Shown piece after piece: positions 1 through 8,800 of a stretch of 64,000 nt of DNA. Position numbers and translations under genes: made by a program. The DNA lies in NCBI GenBank assembly GCA_036848375.1, contig DAIUKG010000006.1, positions 44,941-108,940 on the forward strand, read 5' to 3'. The first letter of the stretch is position 1. Every line of letters starts with the position of its first letter. The notes beneath the pieces were generated by a model. It was given only the letters and a program-made list of their open reading frames with translations. It was not told where the DNA came from and did not search any database. The stretch is from Spirochaetota bacterium (GTDB taxonomy: Bacteria > Spirochaetota > UBA4802 > UBA5550).

Positions 1-845
1 ATATTAAGGTCTGATTTTAAATGCGATTCAATTATACGAAAGATTGTCAGATAGTTACTTTTCCCGTCTTTGAATGCCTGGTATTCTTTAGAAACAAGAA
101 TATCTTTAAGATGATCTCGAACGTACAATATTTTTTGTATAAATTCAGATTGCGTTACGGTGGATAATGTTTCTGCGTCTTCAACTAAACTTGTCAGGTC
201 CAGCAACAGTTGATAATATTTTTTTTCATTAAAAAGCTCTTCGCATCTTTTGATTTTACGTTCTGTATAATTACGTTCGGTATCAGTAAGATCTCTTTTC
301 CTCAATTCATAGGCAAATGCAAACCGCACGGCTTCAGTAAATATCTCGTCTAAAACCCTTTTTGAATAACAGGAAGGATCTTCGATACCTTTGATTTGAC
401 CTAAAAAAACAAAAGGGGTTCTTCGAATAATATCATGGCTTATTGAAAACAGTGGCTGCTGGATATACTCATACGTGGGAAGATATCGGTACAGTTCTCT
501 TGGCTGAGGAAATATAAAATTTTGCGCTTTTTCCTGTGCAATGTAGGGATTTTTATATTTATATAAATGTTTTAAGAACAAAATGTCTTCATCATCAAAA
601 TAGCCGTTTTGGTTTATATCTATTTTATGCTGGATCAGGCTGCTCTTCATGAAAGGATTATTTATAATGTTATTTAGCTCAGTTTCATCTAATTCATTCC
701 ATTGATTATCACTGTTTAAATCTCCAAGCATAATCAATTCTGAATTAATTTTAACTCGATTTACTGGAAGGTAATAGACTACTCCAGTAATTACACCTGC
801 CAATATAAAAATGATAGTAATGATTATTTTTTTTCTTTTATGCAC
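1..845 (-). CDS. hypothetical membrane-anchored protein, 3' end runs off the window (AT-rich, likely GTG start near 843-845)
   Basis: The minus-strand frame is open from ~845 to position 1. N-terminal K-rich segment plus hydrophobic helix (HKRKKIIITIIFILAGVITGVVYY). ~28% GC, unlike the rest of the window. The ORF track did not list it because it leaves the window. Confidence 0.4.
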   Translation of the reverse strand, partial: MHKRKKIIITIIFILAGVITGVVYYLPVNRVKINSELIMLGDLNSDNQWNELDETELNNIINNPFMKSSLIQHKIDINQNGYFDDEDILFLKHLYKYKNPYIAQEKAQNFIFPQPRELYRYLPTYEYIQQPLFSISHDIIRRTPFVFLGQIKGIEDPSCYSKRVLDEIFTEAVRFAFAYELRKRDLTDTERNYTERKIKRCEELFNEKKYYQLLLDLTSLVEDAETLSTVTQSEFIQKILYVRDHLKDILVSKEYQAFKDGKSNYLTIFRIIESHLKSDLN

Positions 846-1123
846 TTTAATTATCCTTAGCGAATTTAACGACTAAATGAGCTGACAACAGAAATAAAAA
901 AAATTTTAATTCCCATAACGAACAAATACCCCTAAATGATCCTTGACTTTTTGCTCATTAATTTCGATAATCTTACCAGTCATATGAGTCCTCCTTCTGA
1001 TTTAAAAAGTGTGGTTACTTAAATCGTCAGATCGAGGACTTTTTTATTATCTAAATGTGCGAAAGATATTTTCACTACCAGGGAGCGCAGTTGCTATGCT
1101 GAGCCAGGTGTCGTTTTTAATAT

Positions 1124-1243
1124 AAGGGAACCTCTATAAATTACATTTCGGATGTTCCCTTGTGGGCACAACCATTGGATAAATCAGGTTTTATCATTTT
1201 TCAATTAATGAAAAAACCTGATTTTTAGAGGTGCCCATAATTT
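1124..1243. repeat. structured ~120-bp repeat, copy 1 (family also at 4711-4828 inverted and 13115-13288)
   Basis: AAGGGAACCTCTATAAATTACATTTCGGATGTTCCCTTGTGGGCAC...AAATCAGGTTTT...AAAACCTGATTTTTAGAGGTGCCCATAAT. Nested inverted repeats: GGGAAC/GTTCCC, GGGCAC/GTGCCC, AAATCAGGTTTT/AAAACCTGATTT, and ACCTCTA/TAGAGGT between the two ends. Confidence 0.8.
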
Positions 1244-1648
1244 ATAGCCGTAGAAAATATAGATATTATTATTTTTCAAGTATTCAAATATTTTACCTGA
1301 TTCCAAGAAATCTAAATATTTTTCTGATTTAATTTTTAGCCATTCAATATCTTTATAATCTATATTACTTTGATCTCCAATATGCTCTATGAATGTTTCT
1401 TCATAAAATAAATTAGTGTTTTTATAGGATACTTTATTTTTATTATTATCATAGGAATAGAACTGACCAATTATTCTTGGTTTATCTTCATTAATTAATT
1501 TTATAGATAAAAACTCAACTTCAAAATCTACTTCATCTAATGAATCAAATAAATATTTCCATTTACTATTATTCATATAGCTATTTAGTTGTTTTTTCAT
1601 AATAAAATAATGAATATAAAAATGACGCTTAACTAAAATTAACCTCAT
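1205..1648 (-). CDS. hypothetical 147-aa protein, AT-rich; the last codons run into repeat copy 1
   Basis: Complete ORF in the six-frame track. ~27% GC and Asn/Lys/Tyr-rich. No recognisable domain. Confidence 0.45.
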   Translation of the reverse strand: MRLILVKRHFYIHYFIMKKQLNSYMNNSKWKYLFDSLDEVDFEVEFLSIKLINEDKPRIIGQFYSYDNNKNKVSYKNTNLFYEETFIEHIGDQSNIDYKDIEWLKIKSEKYLDFLESGKIFEYLKNNNIYIFYGYKLWAPLKIRFFH

Positions 1649-1649
1649 T

Positions 1650-2340
1650 TCATTTTATCACCACACACCCCATGAGGCACAACGCCAGCCCATCAATTAA
1701 CAGCGTTAGTTCTTCGCCAGCACAAACTGTAATCGACTCTATTGAATAGTCAAGGAAATAATGGGTCCCCCCTGTAGGGACCGGTCGCGACCGGTCCCTA
1801 CAGGGGGGACCCTCGACATCATATACCGGGCCCGCACTCTTCCCTCTCCCGATAGCGCGGTCATGGACGACCGTGCTGGGAAGCAACAGGATGTTGCACA
1901 TGCAGGCGCGTCCAGGATGGACAAAAAAGCGCCTGCCTAGTCTGTCAGGATGACAATACGAGCCCCGCACCATAGGTTCATGCCGCGGACGTGACGGAAG
2001 GTTCCGGTTACACTCTTTTCTGAATCCCGTCCGCCGTGAGGCGGACACCTGTCAGGCGTCTGTCTGAGCCGAAAGGAGCATAGCGACGTCGGCGAGTTTC
2101 GCCCGAAGCCCGTCGCGGCGTCTGAGCGACCGCCCTCTCTTTTCGGCCTTTTCTCTGGGCGATGCAGAGAAAAGGCCATCGTGTTCCCGGCCCCGGCAAC
2201 AACCCTCTCACGCCGGTAACGGCGTGCAACAAGCCGGAGGCTTATATTTTAGCTCGTTCCAAAAGCGGCAAACCCCCAACTCGTGTCACGAGTTAAAACA
2301 CCCCGGGCAGGCTGCCCGCATGATTTCCCACCCCTCTTTA
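1650..2340. other. GC-rich (~58%) non-coding block with many hairpins; candidate structured ncRNA or mobile-element remnant
   Basis: All six frames give Arg/Pro-rich nonsense ORFs. Perfect hairpins GTCCGCC-GTGA-GGCGGAC (2028-2045), GGCCTTTTCTCTG-N7-CAGAGAAAAGGCC (2145-2177), CACGCC-GGTAAC-GGCGTG and AACTCG-N5-CGAGTT. There is a sharp compositional jump against AT-rich flanks. Confidence 0.35.
1765..1810. repeat. 46-bp perfect palindrome GTCCCCCCTGTAGGGACCGGTC GC GACCGGTCCCTACAGGGGGGAC, followed by the conserved tail GGACCCTCGACATCAT
   Basis: Read directly from the sequence. The same C6-CTGCAG-G6 core recurs at 2939-2953 and 3636-3685. The tail recurs at 2952-2967. Confidence 0.9.
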
Positions 2341-2375
2341 TTAAACTTTAAGCGAGGAAGGCGAAAAGCAAAACT

Positions 2376-2780
2376 CTATATGAATACAGATGGTGATACC
2401 GAGAATTTTTTTGCTAATAATTTTATTTGTCTTATATTTAATTCTCTTTTGCCATGTAATATTTCAGATACAACACCCTGTGATCCTATTTCACGCAAAT
2501 CTGATTGTTTTAATCCATGTTCAGACATGAGTTCTTTTAAGATGGTCACAACGCCGGGCTGGTTAATTGTATATTTTTCCTCTTCATACTTTTCAATGAG
2601 CAAGCCAATGGTTTCCATGAGAAGAGCCAAAGGATGTTTATCATTATTGCCGACCTCATCGACGAGTTCATCTAATCTTTTACAAAGATTATTATAATCT
2701 TTTTTATTATGGGGCACGCTCAACAGTTCAGCTACTGAAGGCCACAATTTTTCAATGTTTTTTAATTCTGCACTTAACAT
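2376..2780 (-). CDS. higA: HigA-family antitoxin (C-terminal XRE-type helix-turn-helix)
   Basis: 134 aa. The C-terminus QSDLREIGSQGVVSEILHGKRELNIRQIKLLAKKFSVSPSVFI is a typical HTH_XRE. It lies 1 nt downstream of a higB-like reading frame, the HigBA gene order. Confidence 0.7.
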   Translation of the reverse strand: MLSAELKNIEKLWPSVAELLSVPHNKKDYNNLCKRLDELVDEVGNNDKHPLALLMETIGLLIEKYEEEKYTINQPGVVTILKELMSEHGLKQSDLREIGSQGVVSEILHGKRELNIRQIKLLAKKFSVSPSVFI

Positions 2781-2781
2781 T

Positions 2782-2938
2782 TTATTTTTTCCATTTGTTT
2801 TTATTATATTCAGTATGAGTCAAGACATGGCGAATGTATACTATTTTACGATTATAATGAATAGCCGCGATTAATCGATATTTATTACCTCCAATATTAA
2901 AAACGGTTAAATCATTAACAATATCAGCATATGGAAAT
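2782..2938 (-). pseudogene. higB: HigB (RelE/ParE-fold 'killer protein') toxin gene, missing its 5' end; only the C-terminal ~50 codons are recognisable
   Basis: The minus-strand translation ...YADIVNDLTVFNIGGNKYRLIAAIHYNRKIVYIRHVLTHTEYNKNKWKK* matches the HigB C-terminal motif (GGNKYRLI...Y[IV]R.[IL]GTHxEYDK). Upstream the frame runs into the palindromic element at 2939 with no start codon or toxin N-terminal domain. Confidence 0.6.
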
Positions 2939-3060
2939 ATCCCCCCTGCAGGGGGACCCTCGACATCATTTTTCGGCCTACACTCTTTCTCCCCCTTTAC
3001 GTAAAGGGGGCCGGGGGAATTTCTCCTCCACCTCCCCGGCGGCCCTGTGCGCCACTTTTA
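2939..3060. repeat. G/C-palindrome cluster inserted at the 5' end of higB: CCCCCCTGCAGGGGG + GGACCCTCGACATCAT tail, then CCCCCTTTACGTAAAGGGGG (2989-3008) and CCGGGG...CCCCGG
   Basis: The first ~55 nt (palindrome, ACCCTCGACATCAT, ~8 nt, CGGCCYRCACTCTTYC) are colinear with 1795-1850. This suggests a small palindrome-associated repeat or mobile sequence. Confidence 0.5.
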
Positions 3061-3162
3061 AAACTTTTTTTAATTATCCGGGAACCCCCTTCCTGTTCGC
3101 GGGTTAATTATATAAATTCCGGGAGATACGCCCGATTTCAGATAATAAAGGAAATAAATCCC

Positions 3163-3591
3163 ATGAAACACATGATATACCTGCTGTTCGCGCTGGTCCT
3201 TTTCGCGGTCGCCTGCACTGACGAGGAAAACGACGATTACCAGGTAAGGATCAAGACCTTCGGCTATCCGTGCCTTGGGTGGATCGACAGCGATGATGAA
3301 ACGATAACGTTCGCTGCAGACGATTTTGAGGGGGATGACGGCATCTATTACTACACGAAAAACCTCGACAGCCCCGACACGGTAAGCGTGATTGCCCAGG
3401 GATACTACAACAGCGAGTCAGAGTACACCGAAAGCATTTACGTGTCTATTTACGAGAACGACGAGAAGGTAGCGTCAGAAACCGATACCACGAGCATCAC
3501 CTATGACAACGGCGAGGTCGAATATGTGGAAAAGGCGTACGTTTCGCTTGATTACACCTTCGATGATGATGATGACGACGACGATGAGTGA
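3163..3591 (+). CDS. small acidic lipoprotein (signal peptide with AVAC lipobox; C-terminal poly-Asp tail)
   Basis: MKHMIYLLFALVLFAVAC|TDEEN... 142 aa. It ends ...FDDDDDDDDE. GGAAATAAATCCCATG provides a plausible RBS. Confidence 0.6.
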   Translation: MKHMIYLLFALVLFAVACTDEENDDYQVRIKTFGYPCLGWIDSDDETITFAADDFEGDDGIYYYTKNLDSPDTVSVIAQGYYNSESEYTESIYVSIYENDEKVASETDTTSITYDNGEVEYVEKAYVSLDYTFDDDDDDDDE

Positions 3592-3635
3592 AAGCAGTAA
3601 CACCACGGAATTGAGAGAACATGATGTTGGCAATA

Positions 3636-3695
3636 GAATCCCCCCTGCAGGGAACGGGCATGCCCGTTCCCTGCAGGGGGGATTCTATCTTTTTT
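3636..3695. terminator. 50-bp perfect palindrome (GAATCCCCCCTGCAGGGAACGGGC AT GCCCGTTCCCTGCAGGGGGGATTC) followed by a T-run; likely intrinsic terminator, possibly bidirectional
   Basis: A GC-rich stem is followed by TCTTTTTTACT, 45 nt downstream of the lipoprotein gene stop. Confidence 0.6.
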
Positions 3696-3774
3696 ACTAT
3701 TATTGAAACAGCAGGCGCAACCCGGCCTGTATGAGCCAGGCGTTGTCGAGCGAATATTTCACCCGGTACTCATC

Positions 3775-4644
3775 CTAGTATCTTTTAAACTCGCTTCTGC
3801 CGTAAATATATGACGCGCCGAACTGGTACCCGGCAAAAGCCACGAGGGCGATATTGCGGTGGATGTATGTGGAGATACGTTCGCCCGCGCGATGGTATTC
3901 ATAAAAGAGATTTTCTTTTTTGTTTTCCCTGCGGTTGAGCATGTACACGTCCTTGTCATAAGAATATTCCGTGCCCAGGATCAAAAACGAAAGCGGCCTG
4001 AACTCAAACGCGGTAAAGATTGACGCGACCGGAATATATCTGAACCGAAGGGTAAAATAGTCTTTCGGTTTCCAGACAAGCCGGGTTAACAACCCGAGGG
4101 TGAAGTCAACTTCATCATTTACAAACTTGTAACTGATCATGGGGATAGGTATGGGCAGGCCGATGTTGCGGGTTATCAGCGAAGAGTAGTTGACCCCGAA
4201 GCTGACCGAATGGGGCCCCTCCTGATAAATCTCATAGTACATCGTGGAAGTAATGGCAAAATCATCGAAACTTCTGAACGGCCTGTTGGTATTGTTGGAA
4301 AAACTGAAAAGAAAACTCACCTTGTCAAGATAAAAGCTGAAGGTCTCCTGTATCCGGTACAGCTCGACAGGCACAGGAATGTCCGTTTCGCGATTGGTGT
4401 AGGTAAAAAACAGATAGTTTTTGATTCTCGTGCCGCTGTTCACGTGAAACGTGTCAATGAACGAGGCGTCACAGGCATTGACATCCTCATCAGGGCCTTC
4501 ACTCTTGTGATACAGAAACGTGAGAATGTGGTCCGGCTGTTTTTCTTTTGGGGGGATGTTTTTGTTCTCGTCATCTGCCGTAACCCTGTGGGGAAAGAAA
4601 ATTATGCAGATGATCAGGGCTGTTGTGTAAAATATATGCTTCAT
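3775..4644 (-). CDS. hypothetical secreted protein, possibly an outer-membrane beta-barrel
   Basis: 289 aa from MKHIFYTTALIICIIFFPHRVTA (signal peptide). Alternating hydrophobic pattern with many aromatic residues. It ends ...GRSEFKRY. No family recognised. Confidence 0.5.
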   Translation of the reverse strand: MKHIFYTTALIICIIFFPHRVTADDENKNIPPKEKQPDHILTFLYHKSEGPDEDVNACDASFIDTFHVNSGTRIKNYLFFTYTNRETDIPVPVELYRIQETFSFYLDKVSFLFSFSNNTNRPFRSFDDFAITSTMYYEIYQEGPHSVSFGVNYSSLITRNIGLPIPIPMISYKFVNDEVDFTLGLLTRLVWKPKDYFTLRFRYIPVASIFTAFEFRPLSFLILGTEYSYDKDVYMLNRRENKKENLFYEYHRAGERISTYIHRNIALVAFAGYQFGASYIYGRSEFKRY

Positions 4645-4710
4645 TGACAAGCTCACCTCTCCACTGTCTCACGACTATTGTTACAAGACCCGGGAAGGGT
4701 CAAGATAATT

Positions 4711-4828
4711 TTAAGGGCACCTCTAAAAATCAGGTTTTTTCATTAATTGAAAAATGATAAAACCTGATTTATCCAATGGTTGTGCCCACAAGGGAACATC
4801 CGAAATGTAATTTATAGAGGTTCCCTTA
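4711..4828. repeat. structured repeat copy 2, reverse complement of copy 1
   Basis: AAGGGCACCTCTAAAAATCAGGTTTTTTCATTAATTGAAAAATGATAAAACCTGATTTATCCAATGGTTGTGCCCACAAGGGAACATCCGAAATGTAATTTATAGAGGTTCCCTT is a near-perfect reverse complement of 1124-1243. Confidence 0.8.
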
Positions 4829-4983
4829 AAATTCTGCTTTCACGATTTTCCAAAAGTACCGAAACCAGAACTTCAATTGCCGGGATGCGTGATGACGACG
4901 ACACAAGCCGTGCAGCAGATCAATGCCACGGATGTGACGGACGATACACGTGCACACGAGAGATGTCATCCCCCCTTGCACAT

Positions 4984-5012
4984 AAAAAAAAAGATGAACC
5001 GTGCGGTCCATC
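4984..5012 (-). terminator. hairpin (GATGGACC-GCAC-GGTTCATC on the minus strand) followed by a 9-nt U-run, downstream of the 5051-5788 gene
   Basis: The stem has one mismatch in 8 bp. It is followed by TTTTTTTTT on the transcribed strand. Confidence 0.4.
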
Positions 5013-5050
5013 TTAGCGAATGAACTTATTGAAACCCGGTTAGATGCCTG

Positions 5051-5788
5051 TTAAAACCGAATCCCGAAAAACACGGAAACCTCAACTCCGTTATAATCCG
5101 TGTTTTCAAAAATGTGGTAATACTTCGCCTCAACACCCACCGTGTATCGCTGCATAAACGTGTACATCACGTTAACGCCGCCGTCGATCATCATGTCCGC
5201 GGAAGCATCATTCATCACATTGTTCCGCTCTTCCATGTTCGCGATGATGACAGCAAGCCCCACTCCGGCCAGCAGCTGAAGGTCAAAGCCCTTTCCCAGG
5301 GGGAAGGTCAGGAACGGATGAGCGATAAAATACAGAAACCGGATGTTGCCGTCATACGTGTTGTCGTCAAGCTGGGTGAACCCCCCGTCAACTCCGAGCC
5401 CGAACCACCAGATGATGTCCTGGTACTGAAAGAATATCCTTCCGGACACCTGACCGTCGACGATGTCGCCCAGGTCCTGGAGGGGGACAAAGTAGCCCAG
5501 GTCAAACCCGAGGAGCATTTTCTTCTTCGGCACCGCAGCTGACTCGTCAAGTTTTTCATCCTTTGCCTGTTTTTCATCTTTAACCGCTTTTGCCGCCGCC
5601 TTTGACAAGGGCTTCGTTGTCTGCACGGTCTTTTTTACCGCGGTCTTTCCGGCCTGGGCTTTCTCGCCAGCGGCCCATGCCCGGCCAAAACCCGCGAAAA
5701 CAAGCATCGCGGCAAGGACGGCGGCGCATACCCACACAGGCCGGCGGCGCTCCGTGTATTTTTCAGAAGAAACATGCTTACTCATCAT
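5051..5788 (-). CDS. outer-membrane beta-barrel protein (OmpA-like barrel/OMP_b-brl type) with a Lys/Ala-rich linker; C-terminal Phe
   Basis: Start taken at MMSKH, where GAGG lies 7 nt upstream; the ORF track begins 21 codons earlier. Signal peptide VWVCAAVLAAMLVFAGFGRAWA. Amphipathic beta-strand patterning. It ends ...VSVFFGIRF. Confidence 0.55.
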   Translation of the reverse strand: MMSKHVSSEKYTERRRPVWVCAAVLAAMLVFAGFGRAWAAGEKAQAGKTAVKKTVQTTKPLSKAAAKAVKDEKQAKDEKLDESAAVPKKKMLLGFDLGYFVPLQDLGDIVDGQVSGRIFFQYQDIIWWFGLGVDGGFTQLDDNTYDGNIRFLYFIAHPFLTFPLGKGFDLQLLAGVGLAVIIANMEERNNVMNDASADMMIDGGVNVMYTFMQRYTVGVEAKYYHIFENTDYNGVEVSVFFGIRF

Positions 5789-5860
5789 CACCGGCCTCGC
5801 ATTCAAGTTCAGGTCACTTTTCATTGATTTTTTTCCATCCCTGTTATTCATAACCGCCTC

Positions 5861-8800
5861 CTACCAGTCAAACACGTCCTTGTCCCTGTTGTCATAAGCC
5901 GGGAATGATTTACTGATACTTGCAAAGGAATTGACCACCGAAATATCATCGATATCGATGACCTCGGTCGCTCCGGCAACCGTTATCGTTATCGCTTTCC
6001 ACAGGTACTTGCTGCCGGCGCCGCTCGGGAACGAGACCTCCCTGACCATGCCGTACTCGTTGTACACCCTCATGACCACATCAGAAGCATACCAGTTTGA
6101 CTCTGAGTAGTTGTGTACCGAGAACTTGTACACGCCGCCGGCATAATCGCCAACATTTTTGAAGATATTGATCGCCTCGGGCCCGTAGCCTTCGGTCGCG
6201 TCCTGCACCAGGCTCGTGGTCGAGCTGGTCCCGTTGGAATCTCCGCTTGAGCTGTAATACCCGCTGGTCACGGTCTCGTTGAACGACTTCTGGTTGCGGT
6301 AGAACACGTGGAACCGGTTGTTTGTCGGCCCGCCATAACTCGAATCCGTTTCCTGGACCGTATGGCTTGACGGCCCCACAACGTGCAGGTCAAGGTCCCG
6401 AGGATCTGATCCCCACTGCACGGTCACGCGTATCTGGTAGGGGGCGAGGTTCTGGCAGATCGCGATCCTTCCCTGTGCCTCGGCGCCGTCGCGGCCGTCG
6501 ACAACGACATTGTTCTTGGTAAAGGTGTAAAAACCGGATTTGGTCACGCGCAATGAATAGATCCCGGGGTCAACACTGGACATGGTGAAGGTCCCGGTTG
6601 AGGTTGTCGTGTACGTGAACTCGCTTACCTCGTCACCGCTGTAGTCAATGAGCTCAACGACTGCTCCTTCGACATTGTTTCCCCAGTTCGCGTCAACGAT
6701 CTGGCCGGTAATATTCGAAGCAGTGGCGCTGGTCTCGATAATGTAAATTGAACCGCAATCCGTTACTGCTCCATAGGTTACTGAAACGGAGTCCTTTTTA
6801 CCTGAATAGTATCCTGTTTTTTCAACCAGCAGGCTGTACCGGTTCGCGCCGATCGGAACGGTATCGGTAAAGCTGAATGAACCGTCGCTGAGCGTATCGT
6901 CAGTAGCGACAACGGTATCATCATCCGGGTCGTCAGGATCGTTGACGTCGATCAGCGAAACGGTCGCTGCTTCGATCATCTCGGAAGTGTTCAGGCCGTT
7001 CACCACGTGCCCGGTTATTGAGCCGACCACGTCAAGGCCGTCTGAACGATTTCCCCAGCCGCTCCAGTTCCCCAGGCTGTCGCTTACCCTGATGCGGGCG
7101 TAATACTGTGAACCGTCTTCGGTTGAAACCACGTACTGGTGGTGGCCCGCTTCGGTCACGCCGCCTTCGTATACAACACCTGAAAGGCTGAATGAATCAT
7201 CGGTTGAAACCTGGATTTCGGCTTCAGCTATGTCTGAATCGTCAGTCCAGTAAAAATCAACATAAAGGTCAGTGTTATATTCAACACCGTCGTCGTTGAC
7301 GTCCGGCACTGCCGGTGCTTCTTTGTCAACGGTCCAGGTGTAGGTCGCGATGTCCTCATCATCCACCCAGTTGCCCTGCGCGTCACGCCCTTTCACTTCA
7401 AGCACGTACTCGGTTTCAGGGTCGCCGGCAAGGTCGGTGAGAGTCAGGGCAGTCGCCACAGCCGTATCGGCTGACCAGCCAGTCCAGGTTGAACCGTCAG
7501 AGTAACGGTAACTGTAGTGTGAAACGTCAGTGCCGCTTACGCTGAAGGTAAAATCATCGTCAGCGGTGCTCCCGTTCTGGGGCACGGCAGGGTCAGGGGA
7601 TGTCATGGTCAGCGTTACCGACGCAGGCGGCGTCAGGTCAATGGACCATGAATATTCGGTGGCCATAAACTCAGGCTGCCAGTTCGCGCCGTCGTAGCCG
7701 ACTACCGCGATCTCATGGTCGCCTTCGGCCAGCGTTTCAACGATATAGTCGGCGATTTCATAGTCGGTGCTCCATGCGCCGCTGTCAATGCTGTACCTAT
7801 AATGGGTCACGCCGGTGCCGCCGACGCGGATGCCGGTCGAGCTGCTTCCGGTCGGGTCTGCCGGCTTGTTGAACAGTTCGGCAACGGGATACCCGGCAAG
7901 GCCCACGGTCCAGGTATGGGTCGTGGCGGATGACGGGTTCACCACGGAAGCGTCTCCCTGCCAGTTGCCCACGGCGTCTTTGCCGATCACTTCAAGATAA
8001 TAGGTCTCGTCAGGGGTCAGGTCGCTCAGTTCAATGTGCACTGAAACATCGGTCTCATCGCTCCATCCGTCAGCGTCGCCCCCGATCCATGAACCGCCGT
8101 CGATTTTGTACCGGTACTTGTAGGTTACGACCGAATCGCTCTCAGCGGTTTCGGCTTCAACCGTAATATCGGTAAAATTGAAAACACCGTCTTCAGGAAG
8201 GTCGCTCAGCACCGCGATCGGGGCAGTGACGTCCACGACCCAGGAACAGGATGTCGGGGATGAATCGCTCTGCCAGGTCCCGGCGCTGTTCAGGGCGATG
8301 ACGTCAACCTGGTATGATCCGTCTTCGAGGTCTTCAAGTGCGATGTGCTCCGATACCGCTGTCTGCGCGGACCACGATCCGCTGTTCACACGGTACTGGT
8401 ACGCAACGACATTCGTGCCGCCAACGGTAATGTCGGTTGTCTGTGATGCAGTGGATGATGCCGGTGTATTGGAAAGCACTGCCGTAGGGTCGGACGTATC
8501 GATCACCCATGAATACCACTGGGTCGTGTCCTCAAGGGGCTCTGAATACGGCGTTTCATTAAGGGCACGGTCAACACCGATCACGTAAAGGGTATAGGTC
8601 CCGTCACGGTCGAGCACCGCGCTCGTGAGGTTGATATCATCGCTCACCGGGTATCTTCCGGTCCAGGTTCCTTCATCGGTCTCGCCGCCGTAGGTGTAGT
8701 CCAGACGATATCGGTACCAGTACACATCATCCCCGCTCACCGCTATATTCGCGGTTGTCGTGTTCGTCGGGTCATTGGGTAAATTCGAAAGTATGATTGC

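Noticed and set aside
1650-2232. Six-frame ORFs inside the GC-rich block (for example 1650-2048, 1937-2179, 2008-2232 on the minus strand)
   Set aside because: Their translations are Arg/Pro/Gly-rich, typical artefacts of GC-rich non-coding DNA. They overlap one another in different frames, and none has a plausible RBS or domain.
1650-2340. RNase P RNA, tmRNA, SRP RNA, 6S RNA or a group II intron in the GC-rich block
   Set aside because: I could not find the P4 region (AGGAAAGUCCGG/ACAGAAUCCGGCUUA), the tmRNA tag-ORF and 3' TpsiC-like end, the SRP AGGUCAGGUCCGGAAGGAAGCAGC motif, or a convincing domain V (GAGC...GNRA...) with IEP/reverse-transcriptase remnants. No RT ORF is nearby, which also argues against retron or DGR.
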